Shown here piece by piece: positions 9,906 through 20,330 of a stretch of 64,000 nt of DNA. The stretch comes from an uncultured Pelagibacteraceae bacterium (GTDB lineage: Bacteria > Pseudomonadota > Alphaproteobacteria > Pelagibacterales > Pelagibacteraceae), in contig CACFAI010000005.1 in assembly GCA_902564265.1 (NCBI GenBank), forward strand, positions 404 to 64,403, read 5' to 3'. Below the pieces are notes generated by a model. That model ran no database searches. It was not told the DNA's origin and saw only the letters and a list, made by a program, of their open reading frames with translations. The position numbers and the translations under genes are program-made. Each line of letters starts with the position of its first letter. Within the stretch, counting starts at the first letter, position 1.

Positions 9906-10924
9906 TGATTAAAACAGATGCATTGATAGTTGGAGCGGGGCCCACAGGTTTATTTACTGCACATCAATTAAAACTAATTGGTTTGGATTGTGAAGTTGTA
10001 GACAATTTAGACAAGATAGGTGGACAATGTATAGAACTTTATCCTGACAAACCTATTTATGATATTCCAGCAGTTCCAGAGTGCACAGGAGAAGAGTTAA
10101 CAAATAATTTAATTAATCAACTTAAACCATTTGATATAAAATTTCACTTATCTGAAAGAGTAGATGAAGTTAAAAAAGAGGGTGATAAATGGATTGTTAA
10201 AACTAACAAAGGAACTTCTTTTACTACGCCAAATGTAATTATAGCGGGTGGAGTTGGATCATTTGAACCAAGGAAATTTTCAGTTGAAGGACACGAGAAA
10301 TTTGAAAATAAATCAATTTTATATTCAATAAAGGATAAAAACGTTTTTAAAGGAAAAACTGTTTCAATTTTTGGTGGTGGAGATAGTGCTTTAGACTGGG
10401 CTGTTGAATTGTCAAATAATTGTAATGTTAATCTGATACATAGAAGGGATGAATTTAGAGGTGCTCAGGTAACTGTTGATAAAGTTCATGAGTTAGTAAA
10501 ATCAAAAAAAATAAATCTTTTTACCAAGTTTCAATTAAAGAAGATCAATGGCTCAAGCGAAATTGAAAGTATAGATATTCAAGATGATGATAAACAAATT
10601 AAAAATTTAAAAACTGATTATGTGCTTGGTTTCTTTGGACTTATTATGCAGTTGGGACCAATTGCAAATTGGGGGCTAAATATAGATAAAAAAACAGTGG
10701 AAGTTGATACAGAAAAATTTGAGACAAATCAAAAAGGGATTTATGCGGTAGGAGATATTTGTAACTATCCTGGAAAATTGAAACTAATCTTATCTGGGTT
10801 TCACGAAGGAGCTCTGGCAGCAAGAGCGTGCTTTAAATTAGCTAGACCTAATGAGAAATATCGTTTTGAATTTACAACATCATCTAAAACTATAAAAAAT
10901 AGGCTTGGCGTTAAAGGTGATTGA
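9905..10924 (+). CDS. Thioredoxin-reductase-type ferredoxin-NADP reductase
   Basis: GAGPTG, GGQC.ELYPDKPIYD, GGGDSALDW, HRR, no CxxC; coupled to ferredoxin. Confidence 0.9.
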
Positions 10925-11543
10925 GCTATTTACAGCTGATACTCCTAATGGAAAAAAGATATCAATTATGCTCGAGGAAATACAGCACGAGTATAAAGTA
11001 ACTAAAGTAAATTTGTTTAAGAATGAGCAATTTAACCCTGAATTTAAAAAGATAAGCCCATTTAATAAGATACCTGTCATTAAAGATCATGAAAACGGTA
11101 AAACAATTTTTGAGTCTGGCGCAATTTTGATTTATCTAGGTATTAAAAGTAGTAAGTTTTATGACGAAAAAAATAGAGACCAAATCAATCAATGGTTAAT
11201 GGCTCAGATGGGTTATGTCGGGCCAATGCTAGGCCAGCATCACCAGTTTCATCATTATAACCCTGGAAAAAGTAAATTTGGAGAAGAAAGGTATTTTAAA
11301 ATTTCAAAGGCAATCTATACAGATTTAGATCTAAGATTATCACAATCAAAATTTTTGGCAGGTGAAGAGTATTCAATTGCGGATATAGCCACATGGCCGT
11401 GGATTGCTAGACATGACTGGCATGATATTGGTTTAAAGAACCATAAAAACCTAACAAGATGGTATAACGATATTGCAAGAAGAGCAGCTGTTATAAAAGG
11501 TTATGATTTTATGAATAAAGGTGAAAAAATACCCACCCCCTAA
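10917..11543 (+). CDS. Glutathione S-transferase (YfcG/YghU-like)
   Basis: TPNGKK, KIPVI, FESGAIL, YSIADIATWPW; likely GTG start at 10917. Confidence 0.9.
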   Translation: MIELFTADTPNGKKISIMLEEIQHEYKVTKVNLFKNEQFNPEFKKISPFNKIPVIKDHENGKTIFESGAILIYLGIKSSKFYDEKNRDQINQWLMAQMGYVGPMLGQHHQFHHYNPGKSKFGEERYFKISKAIYTDLDLRLSQSKFLAGEEYSIADIATWPWIARHDWHDIGLKNHKNLTRWYNDIARRAAVIKGYDFMNKGEKIPTP

Positions 11544-11959
11544 ACGTCACTCGCGTAAACTTTTTCCTCTTTTTCGTGTTTTTCTTGAGCAGAAATACTT
11601 AATGTTGCAACTGGACGAGCAATTAATCTTTTTATCCCAATTGGTTCACCTGTATCTTCACAGAAACCGTAAGTCCCATCTTTAATTCTCCTTAGCGCAG
11701 CATCTATCTTAGATATTAGTTTTATCTGTCTATTAATAGCTCTCATCTCAACATTTTTGTCAGTGTATGAACTTGCTTGATCTACAATGTCAGCTGATGT
11801 GCTATTGTCATCCATTGAGCCATTATACAAAGCTTCGTTGTTTGATCTTATAAGATCTTTTTTCCACTCTGATAGTTTATTTTTGAAAAACAGCTTATGT
11901 TTTTCACACATATATTTTTCTGATTCTTTTGGAACGTAGTTTTTTGAAATTTTAACCAT
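11540..11959 (-). CDS. dksA: RNA polymerase-binding factor DksA (one-Cys, zinc-finger-less type)
   Basis: DIVDQA coiled-coil tip, GTYGFCEDTGEPIGIKRLIARP; CxxT...SxxA instead of four Cys. Confidence 0.93.
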   Translation of the reverse strand: MVKISKNYVPKESEKYMCEKHKLFFKNKLSEWKKDLIRSNNEALYNGSMDDNSTSADIVDQASSYTDKNVEMRAINRQIKLISKIDAALRRIKDGTYGFCEDTGEPIGIKRLIARPVATLSISAQEKHEKEEKVYASDV

Positions 11960-11972
11960 TTTAATTTCTAAA

Positions 11973-12008
11973 GCGCTCGCAGTATATTCAGCAATTAAAT
12001 GGTGTCAA
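11973..12008 (-). promoter_or_regulatory. dksA promoter with GC-rich discriminator
   Basis: Minus strand TTGACA-16 bp-TATACT followed by GCGAGCGC. Confidence 0.75.
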
Positions 12009-12039
12009 GAAACCATTAATTGTATAAATATATAGATAT

Positions 12040-13359
12040 ATGTTTAAAAAAAAGAATATAAGTAATTTATTCTATCTTTTTTTAATTGCACACTTAATTG
12101 TTTGGACTTTGATTCCTTCCATAACAAATAATAATTTACCACTAGATACGATAGAGGCATTAGCCTGGGGTAGTAATTTAGATTGGGGATATAACAAGCA
12201 TCCACCTGTGAGCGCTTTCTTTGTTGAATTTTTTTACTTTTTTTTCGGAAGCAATGACATTGCATATTATTTTTTAAGTCAAATTTTTGTAATATTATCT
12301 TTCTATATTGTTTGGATATTTTCTAACGAATTTTTTCAAAATAAAACTTTAAGTTTTTTTTCTGTTTTAATTCTTGAAGGAATATACTTTTACAATTTTA
12401 CCACACCAGAATTTAACGTAAATGTTTGCCAGTTACCTTTTTGGGCTCTTACAGTTTACCTTTCATGGAAATTATATATGAAGAAAGATACAAATACCGT
12501 AATACTAATTTTGTTAGGTGTTACCGCTGCAATTGGTTTCTTAACAAAGTATTTGTTTGCTTACTTACTTTTATCAGTAGTAATGATTTTTGCCTATGAA
12601 TTTTTCATAACAAAAACTAGGAAAATAGATTTTAAACATTATTTACCAATTGAAATATTTTTCGTTTTATTAGTTCCACATTTAATTTGGCTTTTTCAAA
12701 ATGATTTTGTAACAATTAAATATGCTTTTAATAGAGCTGGACTGGTAGATTATAGTTTTTTAAATCACTTTAAGTTTCCAATAATATTTTTGATAAAACA
12801 AATTGGAATATTAATTCCTTTTTTTATTCTTTGTTATTTTATAATAAAAAAAATAAAGATAAGATTTGATATTAAGGAAAAAAAAAAATATTTTATTTTG
12901 CTCATAAACTTTCTTCCAATAGTTTTAATGTTTGTGACTTCGGTTGTAACTGGCTCAAAAATAAGAACGATGTGGATGACACCTTTTTATCTTTTTTCCG
13001 GTGTTCTTATTTTAAGTATGTTTGATATTAAAGATGACGAACAAACGTTTAAAGAATTTTTCAAACCATTTTTAATTTTGTTTTTATTATCTCCTATTAC
13101 ATACGGTCTGGTCTCATTCATTACTGAAAATAAAAGAACTGATTATAAGGGTAAAGTTGAAGCCAATAAAGTTCTTCAAGTTTGGCAAAAAGATTTCACA
13201 GAGAAAATTAATGTAGTTTTAGGAGATGAATGGTATGCAGGTAATATATCTTACCATATGGAAGGAAGACCAGTATGGCTTGGAGAAATAAATCAAAAAA
13301 ATGTTGATTTACTAAATGCTTATATTTGCACTAAAAAAGTTTGTGTAGGTTATAGATGA
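12040..13359 (+). CDS. GT-C membrane glycosyltransferase (ArnT/PMT-like; RgtA-D-like)
   Basis: Multi-TM; LDTIEALAWG...WGYNKHPP, TKY motifs. Confidence 0.85.
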   Translation: MFKKKNISNLFYLFLIAHLIVWTLIPSITNNNLPLDTIEALAWGSNLDWGYNKHPPVSAFFVEFFYFFFGSNDIAYYFLSQIFVILSFYIVWIFSNEFFQNKTLSFFSVLILEGIYFYNFTTPEFNVNVCQLPFWALTVYLSWKLYMKKDTNTVILILLGVTAAIGFLTKYLFAYLLLSVVMIFAYEFFITKTRKIDFKHYLPIEIFFVLLVPHLIWLFQNDFVTIKYAFNRAGLVDYSFLNHFKFPIIFLIKQIGILIPFFILCYFIIKKIKIRFDIKEKKKYFILLINFLPIVLMFVTSVVTGSKIRTMWMTPFYLFSGVLILSMFDIKDDEQTFKEFFKPFLILFLLSPITYGLVSFITENKRTDYKGKVEANKVLQVWQKDFTEKINVVLGDEWYAGNISYHMEGRPVWLGEINQKNVDLLNAYICTKKVCVGYR

Positions 13360-14222
13360 AAAAAATAATTATCTTAATTCCAGTTTATAACGATTGGCAG
13401 TCTCTTGAAAAACTTATTGAAGATATAAATTTGAAGGTAAAAAATATTAATTGTAAGTTCTCAATTTTTGTAATTAACGATGGATCGACAGAGAGATATG
13501 ATGATATAAGATTCTCCACAGAGGAAATCAAAGTCGAAGTTATTAGTTTATTAAAAAATGTTGGTCATGCCAGGTCTATTGCGACTGGTTTGAAATATAT
13601 TTATGAAAAAGAAGATTTTGACTATGTAATCCCTATGGATGGTGATGGGGAGGACAGACCAGATGAAATTAGTAAATTTATTGAAAGCACAGATTATTAT
13701 GTTGAAAAAGCAATAGTTGGTGAAAGAATTAAAAGATCCGAAGGATCAATTTTTACTTTTTTTTATGTAGTCCATAAATTTTTGACATATTTCTTTACAG
13801 GAAAAAGTATTAAGTTTGGAAATTTCACTTGTTTACCCAAATCAGTTGTCAAAAAGTTTATTGTTGAAAAATCTTCCTGGAATAGTTTTTCTGGATCTCT
13901 TGTTAAAATTGAAAAGAGTTTTGGATCCATTAAATCAACCAGAGGTAAACGCTATTTCGGTCCGTCAAAAATGAGTTTTATAAATTTGGTTAAACACAGT
14001 TTATCGATCATTTCTGTTTTTAAGTTTAATGTTACTATAAGATCAATTTTGTTTTTCGTAATTTATTTTGTCATCATCAATAAAAATATTTCCTTAATTA
14101 CTATCTTTCCTCTACTTCTTCTTATCTTTTTTTTATTTATCATTTTCAATTTATCTAATAGAGAAAACATCAAAGAATTCGATGCCTCACTCTCAAATAT
14201 TGGAGATGTGCGTTCGCACTAG
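13356..14222 (+). CDS. Polyprenyl-phosphate glycosyltransferase (GT2)
   Basis: IPVYND, INDGS, NVGH, MDGDGED, C-terminal TM pair; ATGA overlap with upstream GT-C gene. Confidence 0.85.
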   Translation: MKKIIILIPVYNDWQSLEKLIEDINLKVKNINCKFSIFVINDGSTERYDDIRFSTEEIKVEVISLLKNVGHARSIATGLKYIYEKEDFDYVIPMDGDGEDRPDEISKFIESTDYYVEKAIVGERIKRSEGSIFTFFYVVHKFLTYFFTGKSIKFGNFTCLPKSVVKKFIVEKSSWNSFSGSLVKIEKSFGSIKSTRGKRYFGPSKMSFINLVKHSLSIISVFKFNVTIRSILFFVIYFVIINKNISLITIFPLLLLIFFLFIIFNLSNRENIKEFDASLSNIGDVRSH

Positions 14223-15499
14223 TTTGCCACTATTTTAGGTAAAGAATAAAAATCTGCAGTGTCAATTTTTGAGGAATATTGTCTTCTCATACTCCATTTT
14301 TTATTTATCCCTGCACTTGCCAAGCTAATTGTTGACCTTCCATATTTATAGTTAGTGCTATCAATAGATTGCATTAAGTTTTTAATTCTTTCATCTTTTG
14401 TAGACTTAAACAAACTATTTCCTTTTTCAGAGTCGGATAAACCTGACAAAATTATACCAGCTTTTTGATACTTGAATCCATCTTTGTATATTAAATCAAG
14501 AGCTGTGAGAGCATTTTTAACTATTTCAATACTATTATTTGTTGCAATAGGAAAATCGATTGCCTTTGAATTTGAATAAAATATACCTTTATTTTGAAAA
14601 GGACTTGTTCTTATAAAAACAGTGATAGACTTAGAGACTAGTGACTCGGATCTAATTTTTTCTGCTGCATTTAAACAGTAGCTTGTTACAGACTCTTTTA
14701 GTTCTCTAATTTTTTCTACTTTCTTACCAAATGATCTTGATACACAACAACTTTTTCTTTTTGCTTGTTTAGTTTCAATTTCAATACAAGGAACACCTCT
14801 AAGCTCCATAGCAGTTCTTGAACTAAGAACGTTTTTTGTTTTTTTAATCCAGGTATTTGAAGCATTCTTTAATTGTTTTGCATTATAAATTCCATTTTTG
14901 ATATAAAACTTTGATAGTTGTTTTCCAACTCCCCATATATCTCTTACTTCAACTTTTTCTAGTATTGGGTCTAAGTCCTTAATATTGACCAAACTTACAA
15001 CACCCGACTTTTGTTTTTTTGCTATATGATTTGCAACCTTGCTTAAAGTTTTAGTCTCAGCTATTCCGATACTAGTTGGTATACCGGTCCATTGTAAAAT
15101 AGTGTTTCTAATTTCTTTACCAACATCTTTTACTTCTTTATCTGAAAAATTAGACAAATCTAAAAAAGCTTCATCAATAGAATAAACTTCTATTTTTGAG
15201 TTAAATCTTTTTAGTGTTCGCATTACTCTTCGTGATATGTCCCCATATAGAGAATAGTTTGAAGAAAATACCTGAACATTATTTTTTATGATAATGTTTC
15301 GTGCTTTAAAATAAGGTTCTCCCATTTTAATCCCTAAAGCTTTAGCTTCGTTAGATCTTGATATTATACACCCATCGTTATTAGAAAGAACTACTACAGG
15401 TAACTTTCTTATTTTTGGGTTGAATAATCTTTCACAAGAAACATAGAAAGAATTACAATCTATCAATGCAATTTTTTTAGTATACAGAGTGGATGACAT
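14219..15499 (-). CDS. umuC: DNA polymerase V catalytic subunit (Y family)
   Basis: [33 protein letters not shown]. Confidence 0.95.
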   Translation of the reverse strand: MSSTLYTKKIALIDCNSFYVSCERLFNPKIRKLPVVVLSNNDGCIISRSNEAKALGIKMGEPYFKARNIIIKNNVQVFSSNYSLYGDISRRVMRTLKRFNSKIEVYSIDEAFLDLSNFSDKEVKDVGKEIRNTILQWTGIPTSIGIAETKTLSKVANHIAKKQKSGVVSLVNIKDLDPILEKVEVRDIWGVGKQLSKFYIKNGIYNAKQLKNASNTWIKKTKNVLSSRTAMELRGVPCIEIETKQAKRKSCCVSRSFGKKVEKIRELKESVTSYCLNAAEKIRSESLVSKSITVFIRTSPFQNKGIFYSNSKAIDFPIATNNSIEIVKNALTALDLIYKDGFKYQKAGIILSGLSDSEKGNSLFKSTKDERIKNLMQSIDSTNYKYGRSTISLASAGINKKWSMRRQYSSKIDTADFYSLPKIVAN

Positions 15500-15872
15500 A
15501 AGTTACGACCCCCCAAACAAAAACATCTGCTTCTTCATTTATTAAAATTCTATCCTCAAATTTTTTAGATCCAGAAGTTAGAAATTGTTTATCATTTTCT
15601 TTAACAAAACTTTTGACAACAAGTTCGTCGTGAACATTAGCTATAACAGTAGAAAAGTTTTTAGGCTTTAGGCTTTTGTCTACAACTAATAGGTCTCCAT
15701 CATAAATTCCAGCGTTGACCATAGATTTTCCCTGTACCCTAATTATAAATGTTGCAGGAACATTTTTTATGAGGTGAACATTTAGATCTATGTCTTCCTC
15801 AATGTAGTCGGTAGCTGGTGAAGGAAAACCTGCTCCAGCTTTGTGTAAATAGTAGGGTATAGTTAGCTTCAT
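15477..15872 (-). CDS. umuD: DNA polymerase V subunit UmuD (S24 peptidase)
   Basis: AGFPSPA cleavage site, GKSM Ser, VVK Lys; likely ATG at 15872. Confidence 0.93.
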   Translation of the reverse strand: MKLTIPYYLHKAGAGFPSPATDYIEEDIDLNVHLIKNVPATFIIRVQGKSMVNAGIYDGDLLVVDKSLKPKNFSTVIANVHDELVVKSFVKENDKQFLTSGSKKFEDRILINEEADVFVWGVVTYVIHSVY

Positions 15873-15876
15873 AAGT

Positions 15877-15891
15877 GTTCTTATTTTGTTC
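15877..15891. promoter_or_regulatory. Alphaproteobacterial LexA (SOS) box at umuD
   Basis: GTTC-TTATTTT-GTTC is an exact GTTC-N7-GTTC, lying between a TTGACT-17-TATTAA promoter (15928-15900, minus strand) and the umuD ATG. Confidence 0.88.
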
Positions 15892-16004
15892 TTTTGCAAT
15901 TAATAGCCTAATAAATCGATATAGTCAAATAGGTTGTATTTTGAGTCTGAAATTGAATCAAAAGTGAATCAAAACGAGAACACTGAAACTACATTTTGAT
16001 ACGT

Positions 16005-16013
16005 TGTGGATAA
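16005..16013 (-). promoter_or_regulatory. Consensus DnaA box
   Basis: TGTGGATAA, i.e. TTATCCACA on the minus strand, in an intergenic position. Confidence 0.6.
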
Positions 16014-16041
16014 CTTACACAAGGGATAGAGTAAAAAATAG

Positions 16042-16416
16042 ATGAAAAAATTAACGTGTCACTGCGGAGCAATAGAAATAAAAATAAAATTAAAAGAAAA
16101 ATCAAATGATTATTACAGATGCAACTGTTCTATTTGTAAAAGAAAAGGATCTATAACAACAATAGTGGATAAGGAAGATTTGGAAATAGTTAAGGGTGCG
16201 GAAAAAATTAATTGTTACCAATTCAATACAAAAGCTGCAAAGCACTTTTTTTGTTCAGTCTGCGGAATAAATACCCATAATTTAAGAAGGAGTGATCCAA
16301 ATACCTATGGAGTAAACGTTGGATGTTTGGAAGATATATCAACCAAAGAATTATTTGAACTTAATGTAAGAGTAAACGATGGTAAAAATCATAAAATGGA
16401 TAGAATAGAAAAATGA
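16042..16416 (+). CDS. GFA/CENP-V family Zn protein, copy 1
   Basis: CHC, CNCSIC, HFFCSVCG. Confidence 0.9.
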   Translation: MKKLTCHCGAIEIKIKLKEKSNDYYRCNCSICKRKGSITTIVDKEDLEIVKGAEKINCYQFNTKAAKHFFCSVCGINTHNLRRSDPNTYGVNVGCLEDISTKELFELNVRVNDGKNHKMDRIEK

Positions 16417-16784
16417 TTAAAAAATTAACATGTCATTGTGGTGAGGTTGAAGCTGAAGTAAATATACCTGAAACAGGTATTGAAAAAATCATGAGATGCA
16501 ATTGTTCTTTATGTAAAAGAAAAGGATACATAATTGGTGTAGTAGGAGAAAATGATTTTAAATTAATTAAAGGCGAAAAAATATTAAAGCTTTATCAGTA
16601 TTATACAAAAGTTGCCAAACACTATTTCTGTTCTATATGTGGTATTCATACTCACAATAGACCAAGAATTAATCCAAAAATTTATGGAATAAACATTGCA
16701 TGTATTGACGAAATAGATACTTTTGCTTTAAAAGATGTTCCAGTTAATAATGGTGAAAACCATCCATTAGATCAAAAAAAATAA
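16413..16784 (+). CDS. GFA/CENP-V family Zn protein, copy 2
   Basis: CHC, CNCSLC, HYFCSICG; ATGA overlap with copy 1. Confidence 0.9.
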   Translation: MIKKLTCHCGEVEAEVNIPETGIEKIMRCNCSLCKRKGYIIGVVGENDFKLIKGEKILKLYQYYTKVAKHYFCSICGIHTHNRPRINPKIYGINIACIDEIDTFALKDVPVNNGENHPLDQKK

Positions 16785-16785
16785 A

Positions 16786-17715
16786 ATGCAAAATTATAGA
16801 GAGTGTTTTGAAAAAGTAAGAAAGGATTGTGTAAAATATATACAGTCCCAAGAGACAAAAAAAGAAAAGTTTAAAAATAAAGATCAATTAATAAAGTCTC
16901 ATATAATTCCTTTATGTTTTTGGATTAATAAAAAAAGGAAAAATAAAAAAACTTTACTTGTGGGTCTTGCAGGAGGTCAAGGTACTGGAAAAACAACAAT
17001 TTCAACTTTATTAAGATTAGTACTTATGAAGTATTTTAAATTACAAGTTTTCAAAATTTCTATTGATGATTTTTATAAAACAAGAAAAGAAAGAATTTTA
17101 TTATCAAAAAAAAAACATCCTTTATTACTTACAAGAGGGGTTCCAGGCACACATGATATACAATTAATGATTAATCTTTTTAGGAAAGTTAAAAAAAATA
17201 CATTTAGATCAATTAATATTCCAAAATTTGACAAATCAATTGATGATAGGTGTAAAAAAAATAATTGGTTTAAATTAAAGAAGAAACCAGATATTTTAAT
17301 TTTAGAGGGTTGGTGTGTTGGTGCTAAACCTGAAAATAGCAAATCTTTAAATAGACCAGTAAATATTTTAGAAAAAAATATAGACAAAAAAAAGATTTGG
17401 AGAAGTTATGTAAATAATCAACTTAAATCGAAATATTCAAAACTCTTTGATCAACTTGATAGTCTGTTATATTTAAAAGCTAAAAATTTTAAATTATTAA
17501 AAAGATGGAGATTGAAACAGGAAAAAAAATTAAAAATGAAAAGTGGATCTAAAAAAAATTCAAAGATAATGAATGAGAGGGAAGTTGAAACTTTTATGAT
17601 GACTTACCAAAGAATTACACAAAATATGTTTAAGAATACTCCAAAATATTCTTCAGCGGTTATTGATCTAAATGAAAACCATCAAATTAAAAAGGTTAAA
17701 TATAAATATGTTTAA
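16786..17715 (+). CDS. P-loop kinase, D-glycerate 3-kinase (GLYK/Tda10)-like
   Basis: GGQGTGKTT, SIDDFY, TRGVPGTHD, EGWCVG, WR..QE. Confidence 0.75.
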   Translation: MQNYRECFEKVRKDCVKYIQSQETKKEKFKNKDQLIKSHIIPLCFWINKKRKNKKTLLVGLAGGQGTGKTTISTLLRLVLMKYFKLQVFKISIDDFYKTRKERILLSKKKHPLLLTRGVPGTHDIQLMINLFRKVKKNTFRSINIPKFDKSIDDRCKKNNWFKLKKKPDILILEGWCVGAKPENSKSLNRPVNILEKNIDKKKIWRSYVNNQLKSKYSKLFDQLDSLLYLKAKNFKLLKRWRLKQEKKLKMKSGSKKNSKIMNEREVETFMMTYQRITQNMFKNTPKYSSAVIDLNENHQIKKVKYKYV

Positions 17716-19012
17716 TTTTTTTAAATTGATAATCTTAATTTTATTTTTTTCGGTACAAAATGTATATGCTGCAGATTTTTATAAAGCATTGCAAGATGCT
17801 TATTTAAGTAATCCAGAATTGAATGCAGAAAGAAAAAATATTTTAGTTTCAGAGGAAGATCTAAAAATTTCAAAAAGTGAATTTTTACCTTCCGTTACAA
17901 TTACTGGCACTAAAAGTGAAGCAACCACCAAAAAATTAACAGATCGTGATGGAACTAATGCTGCTATTACTGATGTAGATACCGAAACACAAACTGTCAC
18001 GATAGAGCAAAAAGTTTTTCAGGGTTTAGGTGGAAAAGCAGACCTTGAAAAAAGTAAAATTGGAGTAAATTTAGCAAAAGCAAAATTATTAAAGAAAGAA
18101 CAAGAAGTTATATTAAGTGCTGCTGAAGCTTTTACAGGAGTTATTTTAGCTAATAAAAAATTTAAGATAAATAAAGAAAACTTAGATTTATTAGAAAGAC
18201 AAGTCGAAACTGATCAAAATAGACTTGAAAGCGGAATAATAACTTTAGCAGATTTAGCCCAATCCGAGTCATCATTGGCTGGAGCTCAGGCTCAATTTAT
18301 CAACTCTCAAAATGATTTAGTTACCGCTAAACTTCTTTATGAAAAGATTATAGGCCCACTTAATGATATTGAAAGTTTAAGTGAAGATATAAACATAATA
18401 TTTGAAATTCCAACATCCCTTCAAAATGCAATTCAAATTTCAAAAGCTAATAATCCAGATCTTACAATTGCTAAATTAGAATATGACCAATCTAAAAAGG
18501 ATGTTAAAATTGCACTTTCTGAATTTTCACCTTCAGCAACCATTTCAGCTAAGTCCTCAAAGTCAGATGATTTTAGCTCATCGTATGATGAAAGAGAACA
18601 AGAGACAGTAAGTGCTGAAATTTCATGGCCAATATTTCAAGGGGGAAAAAATTCAGCATCTCTTGAAAGAAGCAAAAATTTACAAAATCGAAAACAATTA
18701 CTTTTAGATAATGCTATTAGAACTAATGAAACAAGCGTTGCTAGTGCCTGGTCTAAGTTTCAATCTTCTGATAGTTTATTGTCGTCAGTTCGTGCACAGG
18801 TGAAAGCGGCAGAAATTGCTCACGAAGGGATAACAGTTGAGTATGAAACTGGGCTTGGAAGAACCACTCTTGATGTTATTCAATCAAATACAATTCTTTT
18901 AACTGCTAGAATCAACCTAGCTAATTCAGAAAGAAATCTCCTATTGTCACAGTTAGAGCTGTTAAAATCAGTAGGCCTTTTGAACGCCAAATACCTTAAA
19001 ATTATTAAGTAA
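17708..19012 (+). CDS. TolC-family outer membrane efflux protein
   Basis: Signal peptide, two helical repeats, NP.L motifs, G.RTTLDV; likely ATG at 17708. Confidence 0.9.
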   Translation: MFNFFKLIILILFFSVQNVYAADFYKALQDAYLSNPELNAERKNILVSEEDLKISKSEFLPSVTITGTKSEATTKKLTDRDGTNAAITDVDTETQTVTIEQKVFQGLGGKADLEKSKIGVNLAKAKLLKKEQEVILSAAEAFTGVILANKKFKINKENLDLLERQVETDQNRLESGIITLADLAQSESSLAGAQAQFINSQNDLVTAKLLYEKIIGPLNDIESLSEDINIIFEIPTSLQNAIQISKANNPDLTIAKLEYDQSKKDVKIALSEFSPSATISAKSSKSDDFSSSYDEREQETVSAEISWPIFQGGKNSASLERSKNLQNRKQLLLDNAIRTNETSVASAWSKFQSSDSLLSSVRAQVKAAEIAHEGITVEYETGLGRTTLDVIQSNTILLTARINLANSERNLLLSQLELLKSVGLLNAKYLKIIK

Positions 19013-19043
19013 TTTTGAGCTTTTTTTTAATCCTTGCCAATGA

Positions 19044-19058
19044 GAACAAAATGTGTAC
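19044..19058. promoter_or_regulatory. LexA box in recA promoter
   Basis: GAAC-AAAATGT-GTAC inside a TTGCCA-16-TACATT promoter (19034-19061); shares GAACAAAAT with the umuD box. Confidence 0.85.
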
Positions 19059-19108
19059 ATTTGTATCTATGATTCGTATGTTAACAATTAATAAAAAAGA
19101 GGCATCAA

Positions 19109-20233
19109 ATGACAAAAAATAACTTAAAAGTGGTTAAAACCGCAAAAGATAAAGATTTGGAAAATAAGGAAAAAAATAAAGCTCTAGACGCAGCTATCAG
19201 TCAAATTACTGATAACTTTGGAAAAGGTTCTGTAATGAAGCTTGGTCAGAAAAAAGCTATGGATATAGAGTCTATTTCTACAGGCTCCCTAAGCTTAGAT
19301 TTAGCGCTAGGTATTGGTGGACTACCAAAAGGAAGAATTATCGAAATTTATGGTCCAGAGTCATCTGGAAAAACAACACTTGCACTTCAAGTAGTCGCTG
19401 AGGCTCAAAAAGCTGGCGGAATATGTGCATTTGTTGATGCAGAGCACGCTTTAGATCCAGTATACGCAAAAAAATTAGGTGTAAATACAGAGGAATTATT
19501 AATTTCTCAACCTGATGCTGGTGAGCAAGCGCTAGAGATAGCAGATACACTTGTTAAGTCAGGTTCTATTTCTGTAATAGTTATTGACTCAGTAGCAGCA
19601 TTAACACCAAGAGCTGAAATTGAAGGGGACATGGGCGATCATCACGTAGGTCTTCAGTCAAGATTAATGAGTCAGGCTTTGAGAAAATTAACTAGCTCAA
19701 TATCTAACACAAACACAATGATGATTTTCATTAACCAAATAAGAATGAAAATAGGTGTTATGTTTGGAAGTCCTGAAACTACATCAGGTGGAAATGCATT
19801 AAAATTCTACTCATCTGTAAGAATGGATATTAGAAGAATTGGTGCGATAAAAGATAAAGATGCAATCATTGGTAACTCTACAAGAGTTAAGGTTGTTAAA
19901 AATAAAGTATCTCCACCATTTAAAGTTGTTGAGTTTGATCTAATGTATGGAAAAGGAATTAGTAAAGTAGGTGAATTAATTGACCTTGGTGCAAAAGCAG
20001 AGATTGTTGAAAAATCTGGTGCTTGGTATGCATACAAAGGTGAGAAAATTGGCCAAGGAAGAGAAAATGCCAAAATCTACTTAGAACAAAATCCAAAAGT
20101 TGCCGCTGAAATAGAGATGGCAATTAGAGAAAAAGCAGGTGTGATTACTAAAAAAATTGAAGGTAACCCACTTGATCAGGAGAAAATAGAAGCGAGCCAA
20201 AAAGAAGAGACTCCTCCTGCAAAAAAGAATTAG
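19109..20233 (+). CDS. recA: Recombinase A
   Basis: [43 protein letters not shown]. Confidence 0.99.
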   Translation: MTKNNLKVVKTAKDKDLENKEKNKALDAAISQITDNFGKGSVMKLGQKKAMDIESISTGSLSLDLALGIGGLPKGRIIEIYGPESSGKTTLALQVVAEAQKAGGICAFVDAEHALDPVYAKKLGVNTEELLISQPDAGEQALEIADTLVKSGSISVIVIDSVAALTPRAEIEGDMGDHHVGLQSRLMSQALRKLTSSISNTNTMMIFINQIRMKIGVMFGSPETTSGGNALKFYSSVRMDIRRIGAIKDKDAIIGNSTRVKVVKNKVSPPFKVVEFDLMYGKGISKVGELIDLGAKAEIVEKSGAWYAYKGEKIGQGRENAKIYLEQNPKVAAEIEMAIREKAGVITKKIEGNPLDQEKIEASQKEETPPAKKN

Positions 20234-20256
20234 CTAAATAGTCATTATTAGTTAAG

Positions 20257-20283
20257 AAAAGGCGCTGTAACAGGCGCCTTTTT
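20257..20283 (+). terminator. Rho-independent terminator after recA
   Basis: AAAAGGCGC-TGTAACAG-GCGCCTTTTT. Confidence 0.88.
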
Positions 20284-20330
20284 CCCCTTAAGATTATAGA
20301 CATCATTTAAAAAAGCTGTATTTTAAAAAC

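Noticed and set aside
12878-12888. A11 tract in the glycosyltransferase as a phase-variation switch
   Set aside because: Similar A runs occur in guaB and speB; expected from Lys codons in an AT-rich genome, and the frame is intact
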